Shown here piece by piece: positions 34,257 through 47,905 of a DNA stretch of 50,437 nt. The position numbers and the translations under genes are program-made. Under the pieces are notes generated by a model, which had not been told where the DNA came from, did no database searches, and saw nothing but the letters and a program-made list of their open reading frames with translations. The stretch's first letter is position 1; each line of letters begins with the position of its first letter. The stretch comes from Malacoraja senta (lineage: Eukaryota), in NCBI GenBank assembly GCA_038087875.1, contig JAXLNO010006056.1, forward strand, positions 1 to 50,437. Reading direction: 5' to 3'.

Positions 34257-37200
34257 CTGAATTGATTAAGTAATGCTACTATTACCGGAATAGATTTCTC
34301 AGGGTTAGAAATAAATAATAACAGATCATCTGCATAAAGAGATAGCTTATGTGTCTTATTCCCGCGGACAATACCAAAAATCTTAGGAGATTCCCTAATA
34401 GTAGTGGCTAAAGTTTCCAAAGCAATATCAAATAGTAAAGGACTTAAGGGACAGCCCTGTCTAGTACCTTGAAAGAGCCTGAAAAAAGGGGATCTCTGAT
34501 TTTTAGTAAATACAGAAGCCTGAGGTATAAGATATAGCAGTTTGATCCAAGAGATAAATTTTGGACCAATCTTAACTTTTTCAAGTATATTGAATAAGTA
34601 TTCCATTCTACTCTATCAATAGCCTTCTCGGCATCAAGTGAGATGACACATTCTGGGGTTTATTAGACGCTGTATATACAATATTTATTAATCTCCTAAC
34701 ATTAAAGAATGAGTAACGATTTTTAATAAAACCTGTCTGATCTTCAGAGATAATTTGCGGTAAAATCTTTTCCAATCTCATAGGTTATATTTTGGAAAGA
34801 ATTTTAAAATCTACATTTAACATTGATATAGGTCTATATGATGTCACTTCAGTAGGGTCTTTATCTTTTTTTTAAATTAAAGAAATAGAAGCTTCATAAA
34901 AAGATTGTGGTAATCTATTCCTTAAAAAGGCTTCTTTAAATACCTTGCATAGCCATGGAGACAATAAATTTGAGAAATACTTTTAAAATTCTACTGTAAA
35001 CCCATCTAAACTGGGAGCATTACCAGAATTCATTGAAAAAATTGCTTTCTGAATTTCTTCTTCCATGATGGGTTCATCTAACAACAGAGACTCATTGTAT
35101 GGTAAATTTGGTAAGTTCAGTTTCTTTAAAAACTCATGCATTATATTGGAATCAGTAGGAAAATCTGATTGGTATAGGGAGGTATAAAATTCCTGAAAGG
35201 ATTTATTAATTTCGTCATGGTCTACAGTTACTGTACCATCCCGTTTACTCACTTTAGTAATCTGACGCTTGGCCGACACTGCCTCAATTGATTAGCAAGT
35301 AATTTTCGCCATATATATAAAATTGACTTTTGGTTTTAAGTAACTGGTTCTCAATCGGTGATACTAATAACAAATCATATCTCAATTGAAGTTCAACTCT
35401 ATTCTTATAGAGCTCTAAACTAGGAGCTTTTGAATATTTTTTATCAATTTCTTTAATCTCGTCAGCCAATGTGCGTATTTCTTTTTGTGTTTGTTTTTTT
35501 AATCCCGCGGAGTATGAAATAATTTGTCCACGAATATATGCCTTAAAAGCATCCCAAACTATACCATTGGATATCTCTTCATAAGAGTTTGTCAAGAAGT
35601 AAAAAGCAATCTGATCTTTCATAAACTTAATAAAGTTTAAGTCTTGAAGCAAAGTAGCATTAAATCGCCATTGTTTAGCACTAAACTTGGAATCAGGTAG
35701 TTTGATCAATAGTTTCACAGGTGCATGATCAGAAATAGCAATTGTATCATACTCACATGCAATGACCGATGGAACTAGCCGAGAATCTAGTATAAAATAG
35801 TTGATCCTAGAATAACTATGGGAATAGAATACATGAGAGAAAAATGAAAATTATTTGTCATTTGCGTGTAAGAATCTCCAAATTTCTAACATTCCCGAGT
35901 CAAGTAAAAAATAATTAATAAAATTAGCTGATTTATTTGGAAGCACATGATCAGATGTAGACCTATCAATCGAGGGATTCAAACTGCAATTGAAGTCTCC
36001 ACCCATTATTAAAAAGTGTTCATTTAAATTAGGAAAGGATGCAATTAACTGTTTAAAAAACTCAGGGTGATCAATATTTGGTGCATAGACATTCACCATA
36101 GCGACTTTTTGCCTATAAAGGACACCGGTAATCACCAAGAATCTGCCATATGGATCAGAAATTGTTTCATAGTGAACAAACGGAATTGAGGGGTCAATAA
36201 AAATAGAGACTCCTTTCACCTTAGCCTGTGAATTTGAATGAAACTGCTGTCCTCTCCAAAACTTGAAAAATCGTGACTTGTCGTCTTGCCTTACATGAGT
36301 TTCCTGAACAAAGATAATCTGAGCATTTAGTCTGTGAAGAACTTTTTTTTTTAAATCCTCTTAATGGGATGGTTCAACCATTCACATTCCATGAAAGGAA
36401 ATTAGTAAAGGCTCTGTCTTACCTGTTTGCGGTCATCGGCGGTGAAGCACGGCGTCGCCGGTAGCGGGGACCGCGTGGCAACGACGAGAGCGGCGAGCCT
36501 ATCCACCGGAGCGCCGCACGGATGCTGCGCGGGGGCCGAGTAATTCAAACACGGCGGGTCCCACGTGCTTGCGGTAAATTAAAAAAAAGGGCGGGCCGAC
36601 TGCGATGACGTCGGCCCGCCGCACGTGACTCACGAGCGGCGGCTGTGGCGGCGGCCATCCTGATCGCGGCGCTGTAGCGGTGGCTGTGCCTGCGGCCGTG
36701 CAGCACACGTGCCTCACTGGCGGCGGCACGTGCCTCACTGGCGGAGGCTGTGGCAGTGGAGGTTTGACGCACGGCGCTCGAGCCACACTGGCGGCGGCCC
36801 GTGCGGGCGGCCGTGCCGCACTCGTGCGTCACTGGTGGAGGTTGTGCGGTGAGTATATAGTTTTCGACATTGTCGATTTTATTTTAGCACCGTGCGGTGT
36901 TGGGAACACCGCCGCACGGCCCCGGAATTGTACGTTCTCACGAGTGCGCGGTCTATGGCGGCAGATTCTTCCCGTTTCGCCGCCAATGACCGCAGACTCG
37001 TGAGACAGGCCTTTAACTTTATACATATTGCTTGTAAAAATCATGTGGGATGTAATGGGTTAATTTCTTGAAGCCTAAAAGTTCATAATACTGGAAGAAG
37101 AAAAATCTAGGGCGGAGTCAGAAGTGACGACATTACAGACAATTTTGTAGTTCAGAATTTGCACAAATGGAGATCACTAAATAGGGAACAAAAGACCCCT

Positions 37201-37329
37201 CCCCCTCCCCCTTCCCCCCTCCCACCCCTGTAGAACCCCAAACTGACCAAAAGACAGTCAGCAAACTACCTAATACCCTCCCCAATCCCATCTCTCCCAG
37301 TAACAGCGCTCAGCATAAAAAGAATAATA
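34257..37329 (-). repeat. Array unit 8 (MITE 36409-37013)
   Basis: 3073 bp; shares variants with units 6 and 11. Confidence 0.95.
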
Positions 37330-40300
37330 CTGAATTGATTAAGTAATGCTACTATTACCGGAATAGATTTCTCAGGGTTAGAAATAAATAATAACAGATC
37401 ATCTGCATAAAGAGATAGCTTATGTGTCTTATTCCCGCGGACAATACCAAAAATCTTAGGGGATTCCCTAATAGTAGTGGCTAAAGTTTCCAAAGCAATA
37501 TCAAATAGTAAAGGACTTAAGGGACAGCCCTGTCTAGTACCTTGAAAGAGCCTGAAAAAAGGGGATCTCTGATTTTTAGTAAATACAGAAGCCTGAGGTA
37601 TAAGATATAGCAGTTTGATCCAAGAGATAAATTTTGGACCAATCTTAACTTTTTCAAGTATATTGAATAAGTATTCCATTCTACTCTATCAATAGCCTTC
37701 TCGGCATCAAGTGAGATGACACATTCTGGGGTTTATTAGACGCTGTATATACAATATTTATTAATCTCCTAACATTAAAGAATGAGTAACGATTTTTAAT
37801 AAAACCTGTCTGATCTTCAGAGATAATTTGCGGTAAAGTCTTTTCCAATCTCATAGGTAATATTTTGGAAAGAATTTTAAAATCTACATTTAACATTGAT
37901 ATAGGTCTATATGATGTCACTTCAGTAGGGTCTTTATCTTTTTTTTAAATTAAAGAAATAGAAGCTTCATAAAAAGATTGTGGTAATCTATTCCTTAAAA
38001 AGGCTTCTTTAAATACCTTGCATAGCCATGGAGACAATAAATTTGAGAAATACTTTTAAAATTCTACTGTAAACCCATCTAAACTGGGAGCATTACCAGA
38101 ATTCATTGAAAAAATTGCTTTCTGAATTTCTTCTTCCATGATGGGTTCATCTAACAACAGAGACTCATTGTATGGTAAATTTGGTAAGTTCAGTTTCTTT
38201 AAAAACTCATGCATTATATTGGAATCAGTAGGAAAATCTGATTGGTATAGGGAGGTATAAAATTCCTGAAAGGATTTATTAATTTCGTCATGGTCTACAG
38301 TTACTGTACCATCCCGTTTACTCACTTTAGTAATCTGACGCTTGGCCGACACTGCCTCAATTGATTAGCAAGTAATTTTCGCCATTTATATAAAATTGAC
38401 TTTTGGTTTTAAGTAACTGGTTCTCAATCGGTGATACTAATAACAAATCATATCTCAATTGAAGTTCAACTCTATTCTTATAGAGCTCTAAACTAGGAGC
38501 TTTTGAATATTTTTTATCAATTTCTTTAATCTCGTCAGCCAATGTGCGTATTTCTTTTTGTGTTTGTTTTTTTAATCCCGCGGAGTATGAAATAATTTGT
38601 CCACGAATATATGCCTTAAAAGCATCCCAAACTATACCATTGGATATCTCTTCATTAGAGTTTGTCAAGAAGTAAAAAGCAATCTGATCTTTCATAAACT
38701 TAATAAAGTTTAAGTCTTGAAGCAAAGTAGCATTAAATCGCCATTGTTTAGCACTAAATTTGGAATCAGGTAGTTTGATCAATAGTTTCACAGGTGCATG
38801 ATCAGAAATAGCAATTGTATCATACTCACATGCAATGACCGATGGAACTAGCCGAGAATCTAGTATAAAATAGTTGATCCTAGAATAACTATGGGAATAG
38901 AATACATGAGAGAAAAATGAAAATTGTCATTTGCGTGTAAGAATCTCCAAATTTCTAACATTCCCGAGTCAAGTAAAAAATAATTAATAAAATTAGCTGA
39001 TTTATTTGGAAGCACATGATCAGATGTAGACCTATCAATCGAGGGATTCAAACTGCAATTGAAGTCTCCACCCATTATTAAAAAGTGTTCATTTAAATTA
39101 GGAAAGGATGCAATTAACTGTTTAAAAAACTCAGGGTGATCAATATTTGGTGCATAGACATTCACCATAGCGACTTTTTGCCTATAAAGGACACCGGTAA
39201 TCACCAAGAATCTGCCATATGGATCAGAAATTGTTTCATAGTGAACAAACGGAATTGAGGGGTCAATAAAAATAGAGACTCCTTTCACCTTAGCCTGTGA
39301 ATTTGAATGAAACTGCTGTCCTCTCCAAAACTTGAAAAATCGTGACTTGTCGTCTTGCCTTACATGAGTTTCCTGAACAAAGATAATCTGAGCATTTAGT
39401 CTGTGAAGAACTTTTTTTTTTAAATCCTCTTAATGGGATGGTTCAACCATTCACATTCCATGAAAGGAAATTAGTAAAGGCTCTGTCTTACCTGTTTGCG
39501 GTCATCGGCGGTGAAGCACGGCGTCGCCGGTAGCGGGGACCGCGTGGCAACGACGAGAGCGGCGAGCCTATCCACCGGAGCGCCGCACGGATGCTGCGCG
39601 GGGGCCGAGTAATTCAAACACGGTGGGTCCCACGTGCTTGCGGTAAATTAAAAAAAGGGCGGGCCGACTGCGATGACGTCGGCCCGCCGCACGTGACTCA
39701 CGAGCGGCGGCTGTGGCGGCGGCCATCCTGATCGCGGCGCTGTAGCGGTGGCTGTGCCTGCGGCCGTGCAGCACACGTGCCTCACTGGCGGCGGCACGTG
39801 CCTCACTGGCGGAGGCTGTGGCAGTGGAGGTTTGACGCACGGCGCTCGAGCCACACTGGCGGCGGCCCGTGCGGGCGGCCGTGCCGCACTCGTGCGTCAC
39901 TGGTGGAGGTTGTGCGGTGAGTATATAGTTTTCGACATTGTCGATTTTATTTTAGCACCGTGCGGTGTTGGGAACACCGCCGCACGGCCCCGGAATTGTA
40001 CGTTCTCACGAGTGCGCGGTCTATGGCGGCAGATTCTTCCCGTTTCGCCGCCAATGACCGCAGACTCGTGAGACAGGCCTTTAACTTTATACATATTGCT
40101 TGTAAAAATCATGTGGGATGTAATGGGTTAATTTCTTGAAGCCTAAAAGTTCATAATACTGGAAGAAGAAAAATCTAGGGCGGAGTCAGAAGTGACGACA
40201 TTACAGACAATTTTGTAGTTCAGAATTTGCACAAATGGAGATCACTAAATAGGGAACAAAAGACCCCTCCCCCTCCCCCTTCCCCCCTCCCACCCCTGTA

Positions 40301-40397
40301 GAACCCCAAACTGACCAAAAGACAGTCAGCAAACTACCTAATACCCTCCCCAATCCCATCTCTCCCAGTAACAGCGCTCAGCATAAAAAGAATAATA
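37330..40397 (-). repeat. Array unit 9 (MITE 39478-40081)
   Basis: 3068 bp; 4-bp deletion shared with unit 10. Confidence 0.95.
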
Positions 40398-43300
40398 CTG
40401 AATTGATTAAGTAATGCTACTATTACCGGAATAGATTTCTCAGGGTTAGAAATAAATAATAACAGATCATCTGCATAAAGAGATAGCTTATGTGTCTTAT
40501 TCCCGCGGACAATACCAAAAATCTTAGGGGATTCCCTAATAGTAGTGGCTAAAGTTTCCAAAGCAATATCAAATAGTAAAGGACTTAAGGGACAGCCCTG
40601 TCTAGTACCTTGAAAGAGCCTGAAAAAAGGGGATCTCTGATTTTTAGTAAATACAGAAGCCTGAGGTATAAGATATAGCAGTTTGATCCAAGAGATAAAT
40701 TTTGGACCAATCTTAACTTTTTCAAGTATATTGAATAAGTATTCCATTCTACTCTATCAATAGCCTTCTCGGCATCAAGTGAGATGACACATTCTGGGGT
40801 TTATTAGACGCTGTATATACAATATTTATTAAGCTCCTAACATTAAAGAATGAGTAACGATTTTTAATAAAACCTGTCTGATCTTCAGAGATAATTTGCG
40901 GTAAAATCTTTTCCAATCTCATAGGTAATATTTTGGAAAGAATTTTAAAATCTACATTTAACATTGATATAGGTCTATATGATGTCACTTAAGTAGGGTC
41001 TTTATCTTTTTTTTAAATTAAAGAAATAGAAGCTTCATAAAAAGATTGTTGTAATCTATTCCTTAAAAAGGCTTCTTTAAATACCTTGCATAGCCATGGA
41101 GACAATAAATTTGAGAAATACTTTTAAAATTCTACTGTAAACCCATCTAAACTGGGAGCATTACCAGAATTCATTGAAAAAATTGCTTTCTGAATTTCTT
41201 CTTCCATGATGGGTTCATCTAACAACAGAGACTCATTGTATGGTAAATTTGGTAAGTTCAGTTTCTTTAAAAACTCATGCATTATATTGGAATCAGTAGG
41301 AAAATCTGATTGGTATAGGGAGGTATAAAATTCCTGAAAGGATTTATTAATTTCGTCATGGTCTACAGTTACTGTACCATCCCGTTTACTCACTTTAGTA
41401 ATCTGACGCTTGGCCGACACTGCCTCAATTGATTAGCAAGTAATTTTCGCCATTTATATAAAATTGACTTTTGGTTTTAAGTAACTGGTTCTCAATCGGT
41501 GATACTAATAACAAATCATATCTCAATTGAAGTTCAACTCTATTCTTATAGAGCTCTAAACTAGGAGCTTTTGAATATTTTTTATCAATTTCTTTAATCT
41601 CGTCAGCCAATGTGCGTATTTCTTTTTGTGTTTGTTTTTTTAATCCCGCGGAGTATGAAATAATTTGTCCACGAATATATGCCTTAAAAGCATCCCAAAC
41701 TATACCATTGGATATCTCTTCATTAGAGTTTGTCAAGAAGTAAAAAGCAATCTGATCTTTCATAAACTTAATAAAGTTTAAGTCTTGAAGCAAAGTAGCA
41801 TTAAATCGCCATTGTTTAGCACTAAACTTGGAATCAGGTAGTTTGATCAATAGTTTCACAGGTGCATGATCAGAAATAGCAATTGTATCATACTCACATG
41901 CAATGACCGATGGAACTAGCCGAGAATCTAGTATAAAATAGTTGATCCTAGAATAACTATGGGAATAGAATACATGAGAGAAAAATGAAAATTGTCATTT
42001 GCGTGTAAGAATCTCCAAATTTCTAACATTCCCGAGTCAAGTAAAAAATAATTAATAAAATTAGCTGATTTATTTGGAAGCACATGATCAGATGTAGACC
42101 TATCAATCGAGGGATTCAAACTGCAATTGAAGTCTCCACCCATTATTAAAAAGTGTTCATTTAAATTAGGAAAGGATGCAATTAACTGTTTAAAAAACTC
42201 AGGGTGATCAATATTTGGTGCATAGACATTCACCATAGCGACTTTTTGCCTATAAAGGACACCGGTAATCACCAAGAATCTGCCATATGGATCAGAAATT
42301 GTTTCATAGTGAACAAACGGAATTGAGGGGTCAATAAAAATAGAGACTCCTTTCACCTTAGCCTGTGAATTTGAATGAAACTGCTGTCATCTCCAAAACT
42401 TGAAAAATCGTGACTTGTCGTCTTGCCTTACATGAGTTTCCTGAACAAAGATAATCTGAGCATTTAGTCTGTGAAGAACTTTTTTTTTAAAATCCTCTTA
42501 ATGGGATGGTTCAACCATTCACATTCCATGAAAGGAAATTAGTAAAGGCTCTGTCTTACCTGTTTGCGGTCATCGGCGGTGAAGCACGGCGTCGCCGGTA
42601 GCGGGGACCGCGTGGCAACGACGAGAGCGGCGAGCCTATCCACCGGAGCGCCGCACGGATGCTGCGCGGGGGCCGAGTAATTCAAACACGGCGGGTCCCA
42701 CGTGCTTGCGGTAAATTAAAAAAAGGGCGGGCCGACTGCGATGACGTCGGCCCGCCGCACGTGACTCACGAGCGGCGGCTGTGGCGGCGGCCATCCTGAT
42801 CGCGGCGCTGTAGCGGTGGCTGTGCCTGCGGCCGTGCAGCACACGTGCCTCACTGGCGGCGGCACGTGCCTCACTGGCGGAGGCTGTGGCAGTGGAGGTT
42901 TGACGCACGGCGCTCGAGCCACACTGGCGGCGGCCCGTGCGGGCGGCCGTGCCGCACTCGTGCGTCACTGGTGGAGGTTGTGCGGTGAGTATATAGTTTT
43001 CGACATTGTCGATTTTATTTTAGCACCGTGCGGTGTTGGGAACACCGCCGCACGGCCCCGGAATTGTACGTTCTCACGAGTGCGCGGTCTATGGCGGCAG
43101 ATTCTTCCCGTTTCGCCGCCAATGACCGCAGACTCGTGAGACAGGCCTTTAACTTTATACATATTGCTTGTAAAAATCATGTGGGATGTAATGGGTTAAT
43201 TTCTTGAAGCCTAAAAGTTCATAATACTGGAAGAAGAAAAATCTAGGGCGGAGTCAGAAGTGACGACATTACAGACAATTTTGTAGTTCAGAATTTGCAC

Positions 43301-43465
43301 AAATGGAGATCACTAAATAGGGAACAAAAGACCCCTCCCCCTCCCCCTTCCCCCCTCCCACCCCTGTAGAACCCCAAACTGACCAAAAGACAGTCAGCAA
43401 ACTACCTAATACCCTCCCCAATCCCATCTCTCCCAGTAACAGCGCTCAGCATAAAAAGAATAATA
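40398..43465 (-). repeat. Array unit 10 (MITE 42546-43149)
   Basis: 3068 bp; 4-bp deletion shared with unit 9. Confidence 0.95.
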
Positions 43466-46400
43466 CTGAATTGATTAAGTAATGCTACTATTACCGGAAT
43501 AGATTTCTCAGGGTTAGAAATAAATAATAACAGATCATCTGCATAAAGAGATAGCTTATGTGTCTTATTCCCGCGGACAATACCAAAAATCTTAGGGGAT
43601 TCCCTAATAGTAGTGGCTAAAGTTTCCAAAGCAATATCAAATAGTAAAGGACTTAAGGGACAGCCCTGTCTAGTACCTTGAAAGAGCCTGAAAAAAGGGG
43701 ATCTCTGATTTTTAGTAAATACAGAAGCCTGAGGTATAAGATATAGCAGTTTGATCCAAGAGATAAATTTTGGACCAATCTTAACTTTTTCAAGTATATT
43801 GAATAAGTATTCCATTCTACTCTATCAATAGCCTTCTCGGCATCAAGTGAGATGACACATTCTGGGGTTTATTAGACGCTGTATATACAATATTTATTAA
43901 TCTCCTAACATTAAAGAATGAGTAACGATTTTTAATAAAACCTGTCTGATCTTCAGAGATAATTTGCGGTAAAATCTTTTCCAATCTCATAGGTAATATT
44001 TTGGAAAGAATTTTAAAATCTACATTTAACATTGATATAGGTCTATATGATGTCACTTCAGTAGGGTCTTTATCTTTTTTTTAAATTAAAGAAATAGAAG
44101 CTTCATAAAAAGATTGTGGTAATCTATTCCTTAAAAAGGCTTCTTTAAATACCTTGCATAGCCATGGAGACAATAAATTTGAGAAATACTTTTAAAATTC
44201 TACTGTAAACCCATCTAAACTGGGAGCATTACCAGAATTCATTGAAAAAATTGCTTTCTGAATTTCTTCTTCCATGATGGGTTCATCTAACAACAGAGAC
44301 TCATTGTATGGTAAATTTGGTAAGTTCAGTTTCTTTAAAAACTCATGCATTATATTGGAATCAGTAGGAAAATCTGATTGGTATAGGGAGGTATAAAATT
44401 CCTGAAAGGATTTATTAATTTCGTCATGGTCTACAGTTACTGTACCATCCCGTTTACTCACTTTAGTAATCTGACGCTTGGCCGACACTGCCTCAATTGA
44501 TTAGCAAGTAATTTGCGCCATTTATATAAAATTGACTTTTGGTTTTAAGTAACTGGTTCTCAATCGGTGATACTAATAACAAATCATATCTCAATTGAAG
44601 TTCAACTCTATTCTTATAGAGCTCTAAACTAGGAGCTTTTGAATATTTTTTATCAATTTCTTTAATCTCGTCAGCCAATGTGCGTATTTCTTTTTGTGTT
44701 TGTTTTTTTAATCCCGCGGAGTATGAAATAATTTGTCCACGAATATATGCCTTAAAAGCATCCCAAACTATACCATTGGATATCTCTTCATAAGAGTTTG
44801 TCAAGAAGTAAAAAGCAATCTGATCTTTCATAAACTTAATAAAGTTTAAGTCTTGAAGCAAAGTAGCATTAAATCGCCATTGTTTAGCACTAAACTTGGA
44901 ATCAGGTAGTTTGATCAATAGTTTCACAGGTGCATGATCAGAAATAGCAATTGTATCATACTCACATGCAATGACCGATGGAACTAGCCGAGAATCTAGT
45001 ATAAAATAGTTGATCCTAGAATAACTATGGGAATAGAATACATGAGAGAAAAATGAAAATTATTTGTCATTTGCGTGTAAGAATCTCCAAATTTCTAACA
45101 TTCCCGAGTCAAGTAAAAAATAATTAATAAAATTAGCTGATTTATTTGGAAGCACATGATCAGATGTAGACCTATCAATCGAGGGATTCAAACTGCAATT
45201 GAAGTCTCCACCCATTATTAAAAAGTGTTCATTTAAATTAGGAAAGGATGCAATTAACTGTTTAAAAAACTCAGGGTGATCAATATTTGGTGCATAGACA
45301 TTCACCATAGCGACTTTTTGCCTATAAAGGACACCGGTAATCACCAAGAATCTGCCATATGGATCAGAAATTGTTTCATAGTGAACAAACGGAATTGAGG
45401 GGTCAATAAAAATAGAGACTCCTTTCACCTTAGCCTGTGAATTTGAATGAAACTGCTGTCCTCTCCAAAACTTGAAAAATCGTGACTTGTCGTCTTGCCT
45501 TACATGAGTTTCCTGAACAAAGATAATCTGAGCATTTAGTCTGTGAAGAACTTTTTTTTTTAAATCCTCTTAATGGGATGGTCCAACCATTCACATTCCA
45601 TGAAAGGAAATTAGTAAAGGCTCTGTCTTACCTGTTTGCGGTCATCGGCGGTGAAGCACGGCGTCGCCGGTAGCGGGGACCGCGTGGCAACGACGAGAGC
45701 GGCGAGCCTATCCACCGGAGCGCCGCACGGATGCTGCGCGGGGGCCGAGTAATTCAAACACGGCGGGTCCCACGTGCTTGCGGTAAATTAAAAAAAGGGC
45801 GGGCCGACTGCGATGAAGTCGGCCCGCCGCACGTGACTCACGAGCGGCGGCTGTGGCGGCGGCCATCCTGATCGCGGCGCTGTAGCGGTGGCTGTGCCTG
45901 CGGCCGTGCAGCACACGTGCCTCACTGGCGGCGGCACGTGCCTCACTGGCGGAGGCTGTGGCAGTGGAGGTTTGACGCACGGCGCTCGAGCCACACTGGC
46001 GGCGGCCCGTGCGGGCGGCCGTGCCGCACTCGTGCGTCACTGGTGGAGGTTGTGCGGTGAGTATATAGTTTTCGACATTGTCGATTTTATTTTAGCACCG
46101 TGCGGTGTTGGGAACACCGCCGCACGGCCCCGGAATTGTACGTTCTCACGAGTGCGCGGTCTATGGCGGCAGATTCTTCCCGTTTCGCCGCCAATGACCG
46201 CAGACTCGTGAGACAGGCCTTTAACTTTATACATATTGCTTGTAAAAATCATGTGGGATGTAATGGGTTAATTTCTTGAAGCCTAAAAGTTCATAATACT
46301 GGAAGAAGAAAAATCTAGGGCGGAGTCAGAAGTGACGACATTACAGACAATTTTGTAGTTCAGAATTTGCACAAATGGAGATCACTAAATAGGGAACAAA

Positions 46401-46537
46401 AGACCCCTCCCCCTCTCCCTTCCCCCCTCCCACCCCTGTAGAACCCCAAACTGACCAAAAGACAGTCAGCAAACTACCTAATACCCTCCCCAATCCCATC
46501 TCTCCCAGTAACAGCGCTCAGCATAAAAAGAATAATA
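43466..46537 (-). repeat. Array unit 11 (MITE 45618-46221)
   Basis: 3072 bp; continues into unique L1-upstream sequence at 46538. Confidence 0.95.
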
Positions 46538-46880
46538 TTTAACCACTACGCCATAACACATTCGTTATTATCTCTTTGAGAGAGAAGAAGAAAAAAATAC
46601 AGACTGGCATGGAATGCTGCTTATTATTATCCAAGGTCAAGATATGAAAAACAAGAACTGCGTTCTCTTAGTTTGTCTAACGACAGGGGAACACGAATTA
46701 ACAAAGAAATTCTTAAAAGAATATATATAAAAGAAAAACAACTCATCCAGTTAAATTCTTAATCATTACCAAACGAAATGTTGTCAAAATAGGAACAGTA
46801 AATCTCCAATTATAACTTAATCAGCTATCAATTACTCCCCTTCCTCGTCGTAGCTCTTCAGAAGGCTGGAGGCTTATTCC
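46538..46880 (-). mobile_element. Probable remaining inter-ORF spacer / ORF1 remnant of the amplified L1 (5'-truncated)
   Basis: Contiguous with the spacer of unit 11, AT-rich, no intact ORF1. The 5' boundary is not defined. Confidence 0.35.
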
Positions 46881-47104
46881 AGATAAGACACAATTCCCTG
46901 TTCTTTTAGAACATATCCACGCATTATCCATCAATTCACCACCACATCATGCCTCTTTAATACATTCATAAGGTTAACTCTGTTTCTTGTCATCTCCAAG
47001 GGACACAGAACCAGTGATTTCAGCCATTCATGGTTAGGCAACACTTGCTTATTCCAGAAATCTCTTCCAGCTGATATCCAATATTAATATATCCTTTCTT
47101 AAAT

Positions 47105-47650
47105 TTGAGGACCAAGCTGTGCACAGTGCTCCTGATATGCCCTTAGCAACATCATGTACCATAATTACAATAGTAACCTACTTTGAATGCTACTCACCTT
47201 CTGCGTTGTGTGCTGCATCTACCTGCTGGCTTTTTGTTTTGCACTCTAAGCACTTGAATCTCTTGTACTCCACTCATTTGCAATCTCACTCCATTTAGAT
47301 AATAGCTTCCTTTGAATTGCTCTTACCAGAGTGCGTGAGCACATATTTTCCATTATTAAACTCCATTTGCCATGTTTATTTTCATCTAACAAAGAGTCAT
47401 GGAGCCATATAGCATGGAAGTAGGTACTTCAGCCTAATGCTCGAAGCTGAACAAGATGCTACATTTAGGTTAGTCACATTTGCCAGAGTTTGGCCCACAT
47501 TACTCTCAACATGTTCTAGCCATGTACCTGTCCAAGTGTCTTTTCAATGCTGTTATTCTGCCTTCGCTGGCAGCTCATTCCATACACCCAGTAACCTCTT
47601 AGTAGAAAAGGTTGCCTCTCAGGTTCCTACTAAATCTTCCTCCTCACCTT
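47105..47650 (-). mobile_element. CR1-like LINE fragments, degraded
   Basis: GAGGACCAAGCTGTGCACAGTGCTCC and CCATGTACCTGTCCAAGTGTCTTTT...AGTGTCTTTTCAATGC motifs parallel 10135-10680. Confidence 0.55.
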
Positions 47651-47905
47651 AAACCCAGTGGTGCAGTGCTGCCGGAGCTCACCTGAGCACCGATCCGGCA
47701 CCTCTGTTAAAGAAAAAATAAACAGCGTGGAATTTTAACAAGCGGATGTGTGGTCGGGGTAACCTGATTAAAAGAGGGGTAAGGGGAAGACCCATCACTA
47801 CTGAGGTTCCCTGTAGGAGGCGGGAACACTATGATGCAGCAGAGTCAGACCATGTGATGTGTGCATAGTTTGTGGTTGTGGGTCTGGAGCTGAGCCTGGA
47901 ACTCT

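Larger units (their letters stand above)
12752..46537 (-). repeat. Tandem array (macrosatellite) of 11 head-to-tail L1/MITE chimeric units of 3068-3073 bp
   Basis: Units start (CTGAAT...) at 12752, 15824, 18896, 21969, 25041, 28113, 31185, 34257, 37330, 40398 and 43466. The same ORF set recurs every ~3072 bp. Total 33786 bp. Confidence 0.97.

Noticed and set aside
12752-46537. Unit length 3072 = 3 x 1024 as a sign of a computational artefact
   Set aside because: Units vary from 3068 to 3073 bp, carry patterned shared variants and have a biologically plausible junction. Read-level confirmation is still needed.
12752-46537. CRISPR-like, retron-like or Helitron system (RT next to repeats)
   Set aside because: No repeat-spacer structure. 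The RT is a broken eukaryotic L1 ORF2, and no Helitron TC...CTRR ends or Rep/Hel motifs were seen.
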